Positions 24,057 to 37,160 of a DNA stretch of 64,000 bases are shown here, piece after piece (positions within the stretch are counted from its first letter, which is position 1; each line of letters starts with the position of its first letter). Under the pieces are notes generated by a model. That model was not told the DNA's origin and searched no databases. It saw only the letters and a list, made by a program, of their open reading frames with translations. Both the position numbers and the translations under genes were made by a program. The DNA is taken from assembly GCA_951406725.2 (NCBI GenBank), contig OX597836.1, positions 37,820,001-37,884,000 of the forward strand, given 5' to 3'. Source of the DNA: Octopus vulgaris (lineage: Eukaryota).

Positions 24057-25134
24057 AACAGGCACAGAAAAGGCTAAGCGCATGAAAACCCGTGCTAAAT
24101 CTGCGGCCTTAGATATTCTGAATGATAAATGGCAAGAAAAACCTCTCTATGGCAAATACCCAAAGAGAGCAAATAATGCAGATGTTGACAAAGCCCTGAC
24201 CCATCAATGGCTAATGGCCTCTGGCTTAAAATCTGAAACAGAGGGGTTTATCATAGCAGCTCAAGATCAATGCCTACCAACAAGAAACTACCAGGCCAAC
24301 ATATTAAAGATCAGAAGCAGTCCAACGTGTCGTGTATGCCAGCAACAAAATGAAACCATTGACCATGTGGTCTCCAAGTGCAGTCTTCTAGCGCCTACAT
24401 AGTATCTCAACAGACACGATAGAGCTGCACAATATATTCACTGGATAATCTGCAAAAACCTGGATTTGTCCCATGAAAAAAACTGGTGGGAACACAAACC
24501 ACCCCCAGTGCTTGAAAATGACCACATCTCACTCTTCTGGAACTTCACCGTTCAAACTGACAGAAAGATAGATGCAAATAGGCCAGACATCATATTGAAA
24601 GACTTCAAACAAAAAACATGCCTCCTCATTGATATGACTGTCCCAATCGATATAAACGTATCTGTCAAGACCTACCAAAAACTGAGCAAATATAAAGATC
24701 TTGAAATAGAAATCAGCAAAATGTGGAACCTGAAGACTAAAACAATACCTGTTGTCATATGTGCCCTGGGAATGATAGCAAAAGGGGCTGATAGCTACCT
24801 AACTCAGATACCCGGAAACCCAAAAATGGCAGAAATTCAAAAGATAGTGCTCATGGGAACTGCTCATATCCTACGCAAAATACTTTCTATGTAATCTCAA
24901 GGTTTAAAACAAACATAATTTCCGGTTTAAAGAGAGGGAAAAATTTTTTTTTTTTTTTAAACATTCATTAGTACAACACCCCCCCCAAAAAAAAATATAT
25001 GGCACACTAGGCATAACAACAACATGAACTTCCAACCTGTTGTCTCTTGAGGTCTCTGGGTGAGACTTGGAGCCAACTTGTACAAATATAAAGCAAAAGT
25101 CAAACATAGAATAATAATAATAATAATAATAATA
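24057..25134 (+). mobile_element. 5'-truncated R4/Dong-type LINE inserted in (TAA)n
   Basis: ORF remnant plus ~215-bp 3' UTR, with (AAT)n immediately on both sides. Confidence 0.9.
24058..24894 (+). pseudogene. R4/Dong-type non-LTR ORF C-terminus (CCHC knuckle plus restriction-like endonuclease)
   Basis: ORFs 24082-24402 and 24466-24894 share one frame broken by a single TAG. Motifs AAQDQ.L.T, CRVC..ETIDHVVSKC, RHD, NRPDII..D..IDMTVP and K..KY.DL. Confidence 0.93.
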
Positions 25135-25754
25135 ACGATGATAATTCTTTCTACTATAAAGACAGGGCATGAAAATTTGAGGGAAGGTGCAAGGTTGATC
25201 TCAGTGAGATTTGATCTCTGAACGTAAAGATCCGTAAGAAATGCTGCACAGAATTATGTTCGACGGGTTAACGCCCTGTCTCTGTTCTATCTCGGAGATA
25301 CGAAAATTGTGTACACTATGTTTGGGTGAGTCTTCTAGCATTTGGACACGTTCCGTTGATATCATGAACATTTCTCACCAGATGAAATGGTGACCCTTTC
25401 GCTACTTCTTTTAACATTTAGTGGGCAGATATTTTAGGTTTATCAGCAATGTTATCGTTTTATGTGAACATTGAATGTTGTATTTAGATAAAATCAGGTG
25501 TGTCCATTAATAAGTACATGCTTTGATAACTATTTAATCACTTGTTTGAAATTTTTTTCTTGATTTTCCATGTTATTATATTTTACTCAGTGGATAGGGT
25601 ACAGTCACTGTAACATTTACTAACCCTCTAAAACTGATATGACTCACATCGAACCTTGCGCAGGTTGATGTAACTTCAGAGACAGAAGTAAGGTGAAGTA
25701 AAGTTAGGTTAAGTGAGGTAAGATACACTCAACGCATGATGTAAAACAGTCGAG

Positions 25755-25819
25755 GAGACGGGGGACTTCAGAGAGGAATACAAGAGACGGGGGACTTCAG
25801 AGAGAAATACAAGAGACGG
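25755..25819. repeat. 29-bp tandem repeat, ~2.2 copies
   Basis: GAGACGGGGGACTTCAGAGAG(G/A)AATACAA units at 25755, 25784 and 25813. Confidence 0.9.
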
Positions 25820-27720
25820 AGGAAGAAGAGAACATCTGGTAGTCTTTACAGCAAACTGCAAGCTGAGAAAGATGGGTGATGGAAAGAGTGAATTCCAAGT
25901 TAACGAAGAAGGCACGTTTTGGAAGTAGTTGTTGAGTTTTAACCTCATGTCAGCTCTGTTCGAGCAGACATATAGTGATGTTCCAGTCATGACTATCCCA
26001 CTTTTTTTCAGGATTATCTAGGATGATATTGTGTAATGTGATATTTCCATTTTTAAGACGGCAGGAAATTATCTCGAAGGGTATTTGACTGCTATTTGTA
26101 GCAAATCCAGCAACCACATTCAGTCTCCTTATTTGGCTCGCTAGAAATAGAAGCCAGAATATACTCTGTATCCTGGACAGTGGGGATGGGTTGCAGTTGG
26201 AGGCTGAATATGTTATGTCTCAAATACGAAGCAAATATATTGCTTTGTGTCAATAAAAATTGGCAAAAATATTAGAGGCAAAATTTGCAGATATTAATTC
26301 AGACTCATCTGAGACAACAAATTACTGACAGTATTTCTTTAATCACTCTCCCCACTACGCCCACTCTTTTTCTCTCTCTCTCTTAATCAAACAAATAATT
26401 TCTATCCTCCTATCTCTACCCGAACCACATGACATATATCTTTTAACCACATAACAACGAGAGAGCTCTATACATTTGACCTGCTAGAAACAGCAGCAAA
26501 ATCACTTCCTAAAATCTTAAAAGACAGCGAATAATGTTGTGCAGGACACGCCAAATCCGAAAAACTTGACCGGGTAATCACAGCTGGGCTTCTTTTGTTC
26601 ATAGTTTTGTTTAATCGAAGATGATTCGGGCTAAATCCACAGTAGCACCTTTTCTTTAAGACAGTTCAATCTGATGTAAGAGATATTTAGCTGCTATTTC
26701 TAGCAAGTGGAGCGAACACGTAGAGGCTTCCACGTTGCTTCGTTTTTCCCAAGCTTATCAGATGACGGAAATGATATTGTACGACGTTCAAATCCTTCAC
26801 CAAGAAAACTCAATGTGTAAAGTAAAGAGAGACTGGACCAAGTGAGAATAGAAACTACAGCAGAGACTCAATTTCATTGCCTTAATTTCCACTCCGCCAC
26901 TGTGCTTCTCAAAGAAAATTACAGCAAGTAATTTAAGAAATGTTTGGTTTACTCTAAAACATACACAAACCTAATATAGGATATTTAAAACGTTATGCAA
27001 AAAACATATAATATCACTTCTAGTATTCGCCTGACAAGTCAGCAATTCTAAAAGCATTTATGCAAGCTTTTGTTTAGTTTGTTTAAAATTATTTTTCATA
27101 ACTTCAAATTATTTTCCTCTAAAAATACATTATGTAGACAAATTCTGTAAATTTATCTTTCATATATATTACATGAAATGAAACGCAAAACCGCTACAGT
27201 AATTTACAATTTTAAATTATTAGACAGATACATAAAGAGTGAGAGTTAAACCTCTACGTATCTCATACTTATACCCTTCATCATTCTCCTACTTTTCTAA
27301 ATATATCTGCTTCTTCTCTCACTCTCCGAACTTACTTCAACCACCAACAACTCTTCGGTGATATCTCACCCAGACTTAAGGACATCAAGCTTACTCCACC
27401 TCTCTACCAAATCATATTCCTTAGTGACTCACCCACCACCAGTCTTACTGCCAGAGTAGAAACCGAATCTTTCGCAATCCTTAGGTCTGTACAATAATTA
27501 GTTTCATCCGCTACGCACATGTCACACCGACACACAGACACTCTTGATTGCTTTCTCATTCCAAACTCGCTCTCTACCAAGCCATTACAGTCTCGATGTC
27601 AACTCCCCACTTCACATCCCCGCCGGACTCTATGGCATTTTAAATGAGGTAACTGATCAGAATTTCACTACTTTTATGCTAAGTACCTCCGGAAGCGATA
27701 GTTAGCATAAAAGTTCATTC

Positions 27721-28130
27721 TCGAGGACCCTGGCAAAACCTATCGATGGCTTCGATAGTAGAGCCCTGAAAACCAGCGAGAATATCAGATGGTGCCATCA
27801 TGTTTCCAACAAAGAATTGCGTGCGCACAAGTATCAACCCGTAGCCTCACACCTCATAGCTCTCAGTCGCATGCGCTGATACGGACATGCCCGCTGTGTT
27901 CAACTAGAGCATCCCATCGGGACTTTATTCCAATTCGACGCCGCATCTGTGAGCTGGAAGAGGCCTTGTAGTAGGCCCGGCACCAGATGGCTGGGCGTGA
28001 TTGGTAAAGATTTCCAGAGGCTCACCGTTACCTAGGAGGACGTAGAAGGGCCGGCACGGGAACGCCAGCGATGGAGAGCACTGGTGGACTTAGTCGGCTT
28101 TACAAATGATGACACCTCTGGGACCATTAA
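27721..28130 (+). pseudogene. RTE-clade LINE RT C-terminal remnant
   Basis: One frame with stops: IDGFDSRAL..IRW.HHVSNKELR..QP..RMR*YGH..HP..WKRPCSRPGTRWL..RQRWRALV. Confidence 0.85.
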
Positions 28131-29189
28131 ATTGGAATGACCCTTGTCACATCAAGCAGGAGCATGAAACCGAGAAGTCAAGCCATCTCTGAAAGTGCAT
28201 GTGTTTTACCTCTGACCCATCAGAGGCAGCCAAGTGGACTACTTAGTTCCCACAAACAACTAAAACCACTCAAAACCCCAAATACCTGCATTCAGTCCAT
28301 TTATGACTATGTTGCATTTCAACCATGGGCCATGTTACCAACAGATTTGTATCAATATCGTGGGATTCTTTCCTTCAATTTCTCAATGATGATATTTCTT
28401 TAAGAATTACTTCTCCAGAGAACACCTCCACATTCGTGACGCCTGCGAGGTAAATTTCCTTCGGAAGTAACCTTTTCCATCAAGTTACCCAACGTACACA
28501 TACACACCGAATGCGAAGCACCTCCAGTTGTTTCAAATCAAAGAATCTACCGGGCCTTAGAATGACTTTTCCATTGCTCTCATATAACGTACCTCAGAGC
28601 TATACACTTGTCTCGCCAAAATCTTCTCTCCGGTCTCTCTCTTTCTTTCTCACTTTCTCTCTCTCTTTCACTCTCTTTCTCTATCTCTTTATTTCTCTAT
28701 CTCTTTCCCTCTCTCCCTCTCCCTCTCCCTCTCTCTCTTCCTCTATCTCTCTATTCTCTCTCTTTTTTTCTTTGTGTCTCGGGAAACTACCAATGCGTAT
28801 TTCGTAAAACTTGTTTTCTAATGGATCTTCGGCCTTGATGTGAAGTATTCGATCCATGTACCCTGCCTACAGGGTACATGGATCTCTTGTCTGACAGATG
28901 GCAGTCTTCCACCCAGATTGCACCATTGCAACTTACGCTGATGGAGTTCACTCTGCTCTGCTCTTATCAACACTGGTATGCTCCAAGTTCGGTTTGCATG
29001 CCAAGTTTTTCCTCTTCTTCATCAAGAAGATACATACTGTCATCTCAAATAGCGCTCACTCTAACGTAGGTAATACTCAGCTTCATTTTTTCTTGCATTA
29101 TTTACATGCAACCTAGAAACTTCACGGTAAATCTACACTGAGTCCTCGAGCGATGACTTCGAAGATATCCTCAAATGTAGTCAGGCCTA

Positions 29190-29190
29190 C

Positions 29191-29225
<35 letters not shown>

Positions 29226-30150
29226 TGTATGTATGTATGTATGTATGTATGTATGCATGCATGCATGCATGTATGTATGTATGTATGTATGTATCTAGGT
29301 ATGTATGCATGCATGCATGCATGCATGTATGTATGCATGTATGTATCTAGGTATATATGTATGTATGCATGTATCTATGTATGTATCTATGTATGCATGT
29401 ATGTATGTATGTATGTATCTATGTATGCATGTATGTATGTATGTATGCATGTATGTATCTATGTATGTATCTATGTATGTATTATGTATGTATGTACGTA
29501 TGTATGCATGTATATACGTATGTATGTATGCATGTATGTATGTATGCATGTATGCATGTATGTATGTATGTATGCATGCATGTATGTGTGTATGTATGTA
29601 TGTATGTATGTATGTATGCATGCATGTATGTATGTATCTAGATAAGTATGTATGCATGTATGTATGTATGTATGTATGTATGTATGTATGTATGTATGTA
29701 TGTATGTATGTATGTATGTGTGTATGTATGTATCTATGTATGTATGTATGTATGTATGTATGTATGTGTGTATGTATGTATCTATGTATGCATGTATGTA
29801 TGTATGTATCTAGGTATGTATGCATGCATGTATGTATGTATGTATGCATGTATGTATGTATGTATGTATGTATGTATGTATGTATGTATGTATGCATGTA
29901 TGTATCTATGTATGTATCTATGTATGTATGTATGCATGTATGTATGTATGTATGCATGTATGTATGTATATGTGTATGTATGTATGTATGTATGTATGTA
30001 TGTATCTATGTATGTATGTATGTTTGTATGTATGTATGTATGTATGTATGTATGTATCTATGTATCTATGTATGTATCTAGGTATGTATGTATGCATGTA
30101 TGTATGTATGTATCTATGTATGTATGTATATATGTATGCATGCATGTATG
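29190..30150. repeat. ~1-kb (TATG)n microsatellite
   Basis: Directly visible. Confidence 0.97.
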
Positions 30151-30207
30151 TATATCCATCTATCTCTGAATTGGCTACGATGACGAGGTCAGGAAAGTCC
30201 ACTGTTT

Positions 30208-30240
<33 letters not shown>

Positions 30241-30695
30241 TTTTTTTGTGTGTGGCCCACCATTCCTTTCAACACTATTCGAGGAACACGACAAAAGAAA
30301 AAGAACCACAGTGTTCTGCAGATGAAGTGAGTTAACGCAGACTTCCCTATTTATTTTACACTTTAACTCCGGCTACAGTGCTTCCAAATAGCTGAGTTGC
30401 AATTGGTAGCACTTTTTATTTACACTGCAAATATGTTGTTGTTTTTTCCCCCCTCAATTAGTTATAAAGTACTTTTAACACATACATATTATATCAGATT
30501 GTGAAAACATCCAAACCTATAATGTGATGTCTAGCACAGTCAGTCGCTAGTCGCATGGGGGAAAAAAACTTTCCACAGTTTCTGCTATCATATTTCATAT
30601 TTTGAAGAATTAATAACATAATGTCGCAGTTAACTCAGAAACAGCCATGAACCAAAACTTACATGCACACATGTTCACATTTGAATGCATTAATG

Positions 30696-30760
<65 letters not shown>

Positions 30761-31582
30761 GTAGGTGTCAGATGAGAAGCTGTGTGCGGGATATATGTTC
30801 ATTACTGTGTGTTTATAAATTTCTGTTGTCAACCTACATGTTCTCTCTCTGGGGGGTAAACCCTCAAATTTATATTAGACAAAGGTTAAAAATAATTCTT
30901 TTATAGAAATGCTATTCTCTATTCAGTGTTCTATATTATACTTAATGCTATGTCTATAATGTTAATTTAGGAGTATTTACAGTTATAAATACACTTAAAG
31001 TACATGCAAAGGTTTTGACATCAGTAAAGGTTAATGATAGACAGCAATCTTGAAATTGCAATCCTTCAACTGTCACACCCCTATAATCATTCTTTCTCTC
31101 TCTCGCTCTCTCTCTCTTTCTCTCTCTCTCTCTCCCGCATTTTCTTTATCTATCCCCTCTCTTTCTCTCCCTCCTTTCTTTTGTTCTGCGGGTATTTACT
31201 ACCACATATTTTTACGTCAATGCTGGACACTTTCGTCGTTTCGGTGAAAAAGGACTCAGCAGGACAAAGCTGCGTTGTGTTCCTAGTTTGATGTTTTGCC
31301 GATACTGTTATGTAAACAGCAATTACTACACAGTCAGAGTCCACCTTTGCCATCCACTCTTGTGGCCACCCACCAGAATCTATATACTGCAATCAGTAAG
31401 ACTGCCACACTACAGTCATATTGACGTTCAAGTGCAGTTTGGTCCTTAGCCTGGCGGAAACAAGCGGTAGTTGGTCTTGTTCATCCTCTACTTCGAGACT
31501 TCTGATTCATTCGTCTTCATAAATTTATGATAGAAAATTACTATTTTTAAATCTCACAACGAGAGATATTCAGCAACAGTAC

Positions 31583-31799
31583 TTTGGAGTAAAGACTTTT
31601 GCCAACATAACATGGCAGTCCTGGTTTAGAACGAATGTTGCTGCAATTTAACCCCAGGAGACATCGTCTCCAGCTGGCTACACGACACGATCTGTATCGT
31701 ATAGCCTGCTGTAGACGATGTCTCCTGGGGCTAAATTACAGCAACATTCGTCCTAAACCCGGACTGCCATGTTATGTTGGCAAAAAGTTTTACTCTAAA
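31583..31799. mobile_element. Palindromic (foldback) MITE-like element with ~103-bp arms
   Basis: 31583-31685 versus 31697-31799, e.g. gccaacataacatggcagtcc / ggactgccatgttatgttggc, with scattered mismatches. Confidence 0.85.
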
Positions 31800-33586
31800 T
31801 TTATGATGTGCGCCGGACTACCTATGCGACATAGGTAGGAGTACAGGAGGAGGATCATTTAATTATGATTTTACTCAACATATTCGTATTCCCCTCTCTG
31901 ATTCACATAGTTATTGCAACGGCCCTTCAGTTTTCTAAACCCTGTAAAAGAATTCGGAAGGTCTGGCCTCCAACCAAGCCTTTCGCGACACATATATAAT
32001 ATACTTCGTATATGAGATTCGTATATAAAAAGAAATACGAGATGACATTCAACAGTATTCGTGCAGTTGTTGAGGAGGTGGTGGCGGTTGTGGTGCTGGT
32101 GGTGGCGGTTGTGGTGGTGGTGGTGGTGGTGGTGGTGGTTTAGCGATATGTCAGCCTTGATCGAGCACATTTTATTCCAAAGGGATTCTACTTATGACCA
32201 GCCTGTCCTTTTATACATCAAAGCATTATGGTATCTAATATGTCGTTCATTTTTTTTTAGATAAAATAGCATGAGGAAGATTTAGCTGCTATTTATAACA
32301 GGTAAAGCAAACAAGCAGAAGTTCCTTCTTGTGTGATATGGGCGCAGGGGATAGAAATAGCAGGAATCCAGTATGAGAAATGCGAAACGCGTTACAAATA
32401 TTTTGGATGAGGGTGAAGTTGGTTTGGACGACAGGGCAGCATTCATTGCTTTTGCCGAGAGTAGTGAGATCAATGCAGGTAACGTTTCTCCTGGACAACT
32501 GCAAATCGACGACTGCAGAAAAATTAACAAATGCAACGATAAGCAGGCAAAACAAAATGTTGTTATTAGTATGGGATCTGTATGCGGGCACATCATGGGT
32601 CACGATTAGAAAATACGGGGCAAGTTGGAATTGGCTGGTGCAGGGTGCACAAGAGAAGCTAGCTCTGAGAAACATAGGCCGCTGTAGTAACCGTAGAAAG
32701 AGAAGACAGAGAAAAATACAAGATTTTTATGGTTCAAAGGCTGGAGTGTGTTGGTGAGTGACTTGATATAATGGTTTTTCACTGATGTGGTTTGGGATGT
32801 CTGTATGGTGTAGCAGCAGCATGTTCCCCGTGATGTGAACAATACTCCATTTTAAGTCTCACCTGTACTTTGTAGAGTTAGTAGTTGGTGGGAATGGATG
32901 ATCTTTTTATTGCGAGCGGAAAACTTTTATGAAATTTTTTCCGCGGACCATACTCGTTGCGTCTCCTCACTCCGACAATTATGATCTCTTCTCCTCAGCG
33001 ATTATTAATTTTATTCATCTTCCACTTAGAGACTTCTGACTCATTCGTCTCCCCCGCTTCTCGTCGGTCATGGCCTTTTAATTTCCTATAATAAACCTCG
33101 TACAGGATGGTATAAGGAAGACGTTCTCCTTCAGTTGATTTGTCTGTGGAACGTAATCGTGACGAAACCTATCCTTTCTCAAGCTAAATTTATGACGGAA
33201 TTTGAATTCTACACCATTAGGAACTTACTAAAACATTCCTCTTTATACAGTACTTCCGCTAATTTCAGAGGTAAACTGTACTTATTATTGAGTCATTGAC
33301 AGCTGGGCAGCGTCGACTCAGCACAGTTCTAAATGTGACTCCAGTCAAAAGTTTAATAAAAGAAATCACGTATATATTCAAGTTGCGACATTTTTTCCAT
33401 CAAAGTTATTATATTTTACGCGAATTCCTTACAATGTGTTTGGAATTGTAAAGATCCGAAATTTCTCATCAATATGGTTTCTAAATCTTTATAGTCTTAG
33501 TCATCTTGGTGAAGTGATGTTGGTGCATGATGTTGCTTCTCTATAGAGGTTACTGGTCTAATGTGATTAATGTAAATATTGATTCC

Positions 33587-33985
33587 AAATTTGGCACAAT
33601 GCCAGCAATTTTGGGGCAGGGGAAGAGTAGATTACATCAACCCTCAATGCTTAACTGGTACTTATATTATCGACCCCCTAAAGGGATGAAAGGCATAGTT
33701 GACTTCGGCGGAATTTCAACTCAGAACATAAAGACGGAAAGACGGACGAAATACCTATTTCTTTACTACCCACAAGGTGCCAAACACAGAGGGGACAAAC
33801 AAGGACAGACAAATGGAATAAGTCGATTACATCGACCCGTGCGTAACTGGTACTTAATTCATCGACCCCGAAAGGATGAAAAGCAAAGTCGACCTCGGCG
33901 GAATTTGAACTCAGAACATAACGGCAGACGAAATACGGCTACGCATTTCGCCCGGCGTGCTAACGAATTCTGCCAGCTCGCCGCC
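33587..33985 (-). mobile_element. SINE family B with one internal module
   Basis: Head at 33985, junction at ~33754. AATGTAAATAT occurs on both sides (33569-33579, 33992-34002), a possible TSD. Confidence 0.85.
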
Positions 33986-35949
33986 TTGAACAATGTAAAT
34001 ATAACTACCAAAAATTAGAATTTATTACCGTTAGATTTATGTCTCATCAGTTGGGTGTTTATTTTCCTTTGTAATTAGGTTTGGTTGTCTGTGTGTTTAT
34101 TTTACTACTATTCTGTTCTTCTGATGATAGCTTCCATTATTTGAGACATGGCTGGAAGTAGCGAGCTAGCACGGAAAAATGCCTAGCGCTATTTTTCCCG
34201 GGGTTTTTTTTTGGGGGGGGGGGGTACATTCTGAATTCAAACCACGCGGAGGTCAGCTTTGGCTTTCATCCCTCCGATTGATATAATAAAGTACCAGCCA
34301 AGTTCGTGGGTGGGGAGGATAAAATAAAGTGCTAGTTAAGCTTTGGGTTTGATAACATCGACTAATCGTCCATCAAAACTGCTGGTTTTGAGTCTAAAGT
34401 AGAAACCGTTAAGAGTAGTATGTTGGCAGAATCATAAGATCGTCGGACAAACTGCTTTGAAGCATTTACATTTTGGTTTCAAATCTTGCTGAGGTCAACT
34501 TTACCTTTAAGTCCTCAGGGACCGATAAAATAAAGTACCAGTCAAGTTCTGAAATCCATGTAATCCCTTCAATTTTTTTATATATCTCTTCAAAACTTTT
34601 GGTCTAAATCAGAAATAATTATTAAACATCCGTTAGAATCGTTAGAGCGTCGGATGAAATGCTTTGAAACATTTGTTCCAGCTCTTACACTTTGGTTTCA
34701 AATCTTGCTGAGGTCAACTTTACCTTTCAGCCCTCTGGGACCGATTAAATAAAGAAGACGGTGAGCACTGCAAAATCGTTAGAGCATCGGGGGAAATGCT
34801 TTATGATGCTTCTTCCGATTCTTTACTTTCGGATTTCATCGAGGTCAACTTTGCCTTTCGTCCCTCCCAGAGCAATAAAATAAATAATCTGTCAAATAAT
34901 AAGGTCGATGATGTCGACTTACTCACCGCTTCAAAGTGGTTGGCTTTGGGCCTAGTTTAGAAGCCAATATTATACAGCTGACTAATGACATATATAACTG
35001 TTAGATAATCAAATCTCTGCATTCATGCCTACATCAAATCATATTGGATGCAAGAATTCGATGGCAGCCTTCGACTTCTGTGGAATTTTTTAGATCCAAT
35101 ACTGTTTATATACTCTATTATTTATAGCTTTATCTGCTTTGCATTCCATCGTTAAAATCTATATATTTCACGTCTCTCAAAGTTTCTAGATTCTTATGGC
35201 GTAAACCGTATACACATACATATATAAAGCATATACATATATAGAGAGAGAGGGGGCGAGGGGGAAGAGGGGAGAGAGAGGAGGGAGAGTAGGAAGGAGG
35301 GAGAGTTGGAAGCAGGGAGAGTAAGAAGGAGGGGAGGGATGGGGAGAGAGAGGCAATTATGCGGATAAACAAATTAGATAATTAAATATATTAAACATTT
35401 TAAATATAATAATTTGGATATTAAATGCAAAATATGTATATATGTATACACGCAAAACGAGAGAAAACAAAAGGTGGAGACTTTCAGATGATGAATTTTT
35501 AAGAATAGATATATAGATATTTATATTAATAGGTCCAACTTATACGTGTATTTCATGTGTCTAATCTGTTTATCAGCATAATTGCCTCTGTATCAGCTCA
35601 ACTTGATCCCTCTTACAGCCATTCTTTACCTTGCGGAACCGATCTCCTGTAAGATCATCGAAGACTAAGTTTGAATCTTTTGAGCACTGCTGTCTTCTAT
35701 ACTGAGACTATTTGGATCTAATCTGTAGATAGTGACACTGAACAAACCGGGTGTTTTCACACCTTTTTACCATAACAGAGATATTTTCTCCAGTGTAATT
35801 GCAGTGAGTTTGCCTTTTAGCTGTTCAAATATGTCGCAAACATACTTAACTAACCTAAATTTTGCATGTATGTGTGTGTGTATTGGTTTAGCTGATCGAA
35901 ACTGCGGAGTCACTGGAATACTATTATTGCTAAGGAATAAATTTTTAGT

Positions 35950-36193
35950 CTACCCTCGACCGGCAGCGTGCTGTGTCCTTCGGCAAGACACCTTATTTCA
36001 GGTTGCTCCAGTTCACTCAGCTGGCAAAAATGAGTGGTACTTGTAATTCAGAGGACCGGCCTTGTCACAGTGTGTGTCACGTTGAATCTCCCTGATAACT
36101 ACGTGTGTCTGTGGAGTGCTCAGCAACTTACACCTTAATTTCACATTGATCGGATCAACTGGAACCCACGTCGTCGTGACCGACGGAGTGCCA
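35950..36193 (+). mobile_element. Third SINE family, head truncated
   Basis: gtgtccttcggcaagacacctt..ttgctccagttcactcagctg..aaatgagt resembles a widespread SINE central domain; followed by (GATA)n. Confidence 0.6.
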
Positions 36194-36493
36194 GATATAG
36201 ATAGATAGATACATAGATAGATAGATAGATCATAACTGACCGTAACGGTTTTCTACCTCCAGTTTGGAGAGAGGTTATATGCCCGCGGCCACTGGAGTCT
36301 GACCAGTCGTCTATAAAGCTAAGCACTATTTGGATGCGAAACTATTTTTCACTATGACCGGACATATATTTAACTTCATGTGTATGTATGTATCCATGTA
36401 TATATGTATGTATGTATCTATTACACAAAGTGCGATAACAAAGCCAAGGCTGTGAGTTTTCAGGACACTTATAAGGCAAAAGGTATAGATGTA

Positions 36494-36541
36494 GTCTTAC
36501 AGCTGTTTCTGGGATATTATGGGTATCCCTTCATCAGAGAC
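36494..36541 (-). ncRNA. Minimal type I hammerhead ribozyme with intact core
   Basis: The minus strand reads GTCT CTGATGA A GGGATA-CCCATAA-TATCCC A GAAA CAGCTG TA AGAC. There is an A.A mismatch at the base of stem II and a palindromic stem III. Confidence 0.8.
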
Positions 36542-36635
36542 GATATGAGATGGTTAAATAGAGGTATATATATGAGTTCGAAATAAGGAATTAATATATA
36601 CATAGATATATAACGAATTTTATATATATATATAT

Positions 36636-36691
<56 letters not shown>

Positions 36692-36693
<2 letters not shown>

Positions 36694-37160
36694 GAACGTA
36701 AACAAACAAATGAAGGTTGCTTTACAAGCGTTGAGATGTCTTAGAAAGTTAAAGAAGTGATTTTTAATTCACAAACGTAGGATAATACTAATAACATAGC
36801 CTGAACAGGATAAGCTATCCCTATTTTGCAGAAAAAAAGCGTTGGCGGCCGGCTATGAGTCGCGAACTCATACCTCTGTGATTATGCGTCGCGGTGCTCT
36901 GAACCAATTAAGCTAAACTGCCCACACTACAAATTCTTCTGCAAATTTAGAAATCTCGCTTTATGAGAAGCTATCATACGTTAAATTCAAATTACAATGA
37001 ACGTAAACAAAAAAACGAAGTTTGCTTTAGAAGCGTTGAGAAGTCTTAGAAAGGTAAAGAAGTGATTTTAAATTCTCAAACGCAGGATAATGCTAATAAT
37101 ATAGCCTGAAGAGGAGAAGCTACCCCTATTTTGTAGAAAAAAGTGTTGGCGGCCGGCTAC
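36692..37160. repeat. 305-bp unit, ~1.5 diverged tandem copies
   Basis: atgaacgtaaacaaa...gttggcggccggcta at 36692 and 36997. Confidence 0.9.
36843..36922 (-). pseudogene. tRNA-like pseudogene with CAT at the anticodon position
   Basis: Minus strand: GGCAGTT TA GCTT AATTGGTTCA GAGC A CCGCGA CGCATAA TCACAG AGGT ATGAG TTCGCGA CTCAT AGCCGGCC GCCA, then T7. D and T arms are good; anticodon and acceptor stems are mismatched. Confidence 0.65.

Noticed and set aside
32282-32842. Cluster of overlapping 78-128 aa ORFs
   Set aside because: No recognisable domain or splice context; probably decayed transposon sequence that I cannot assign.
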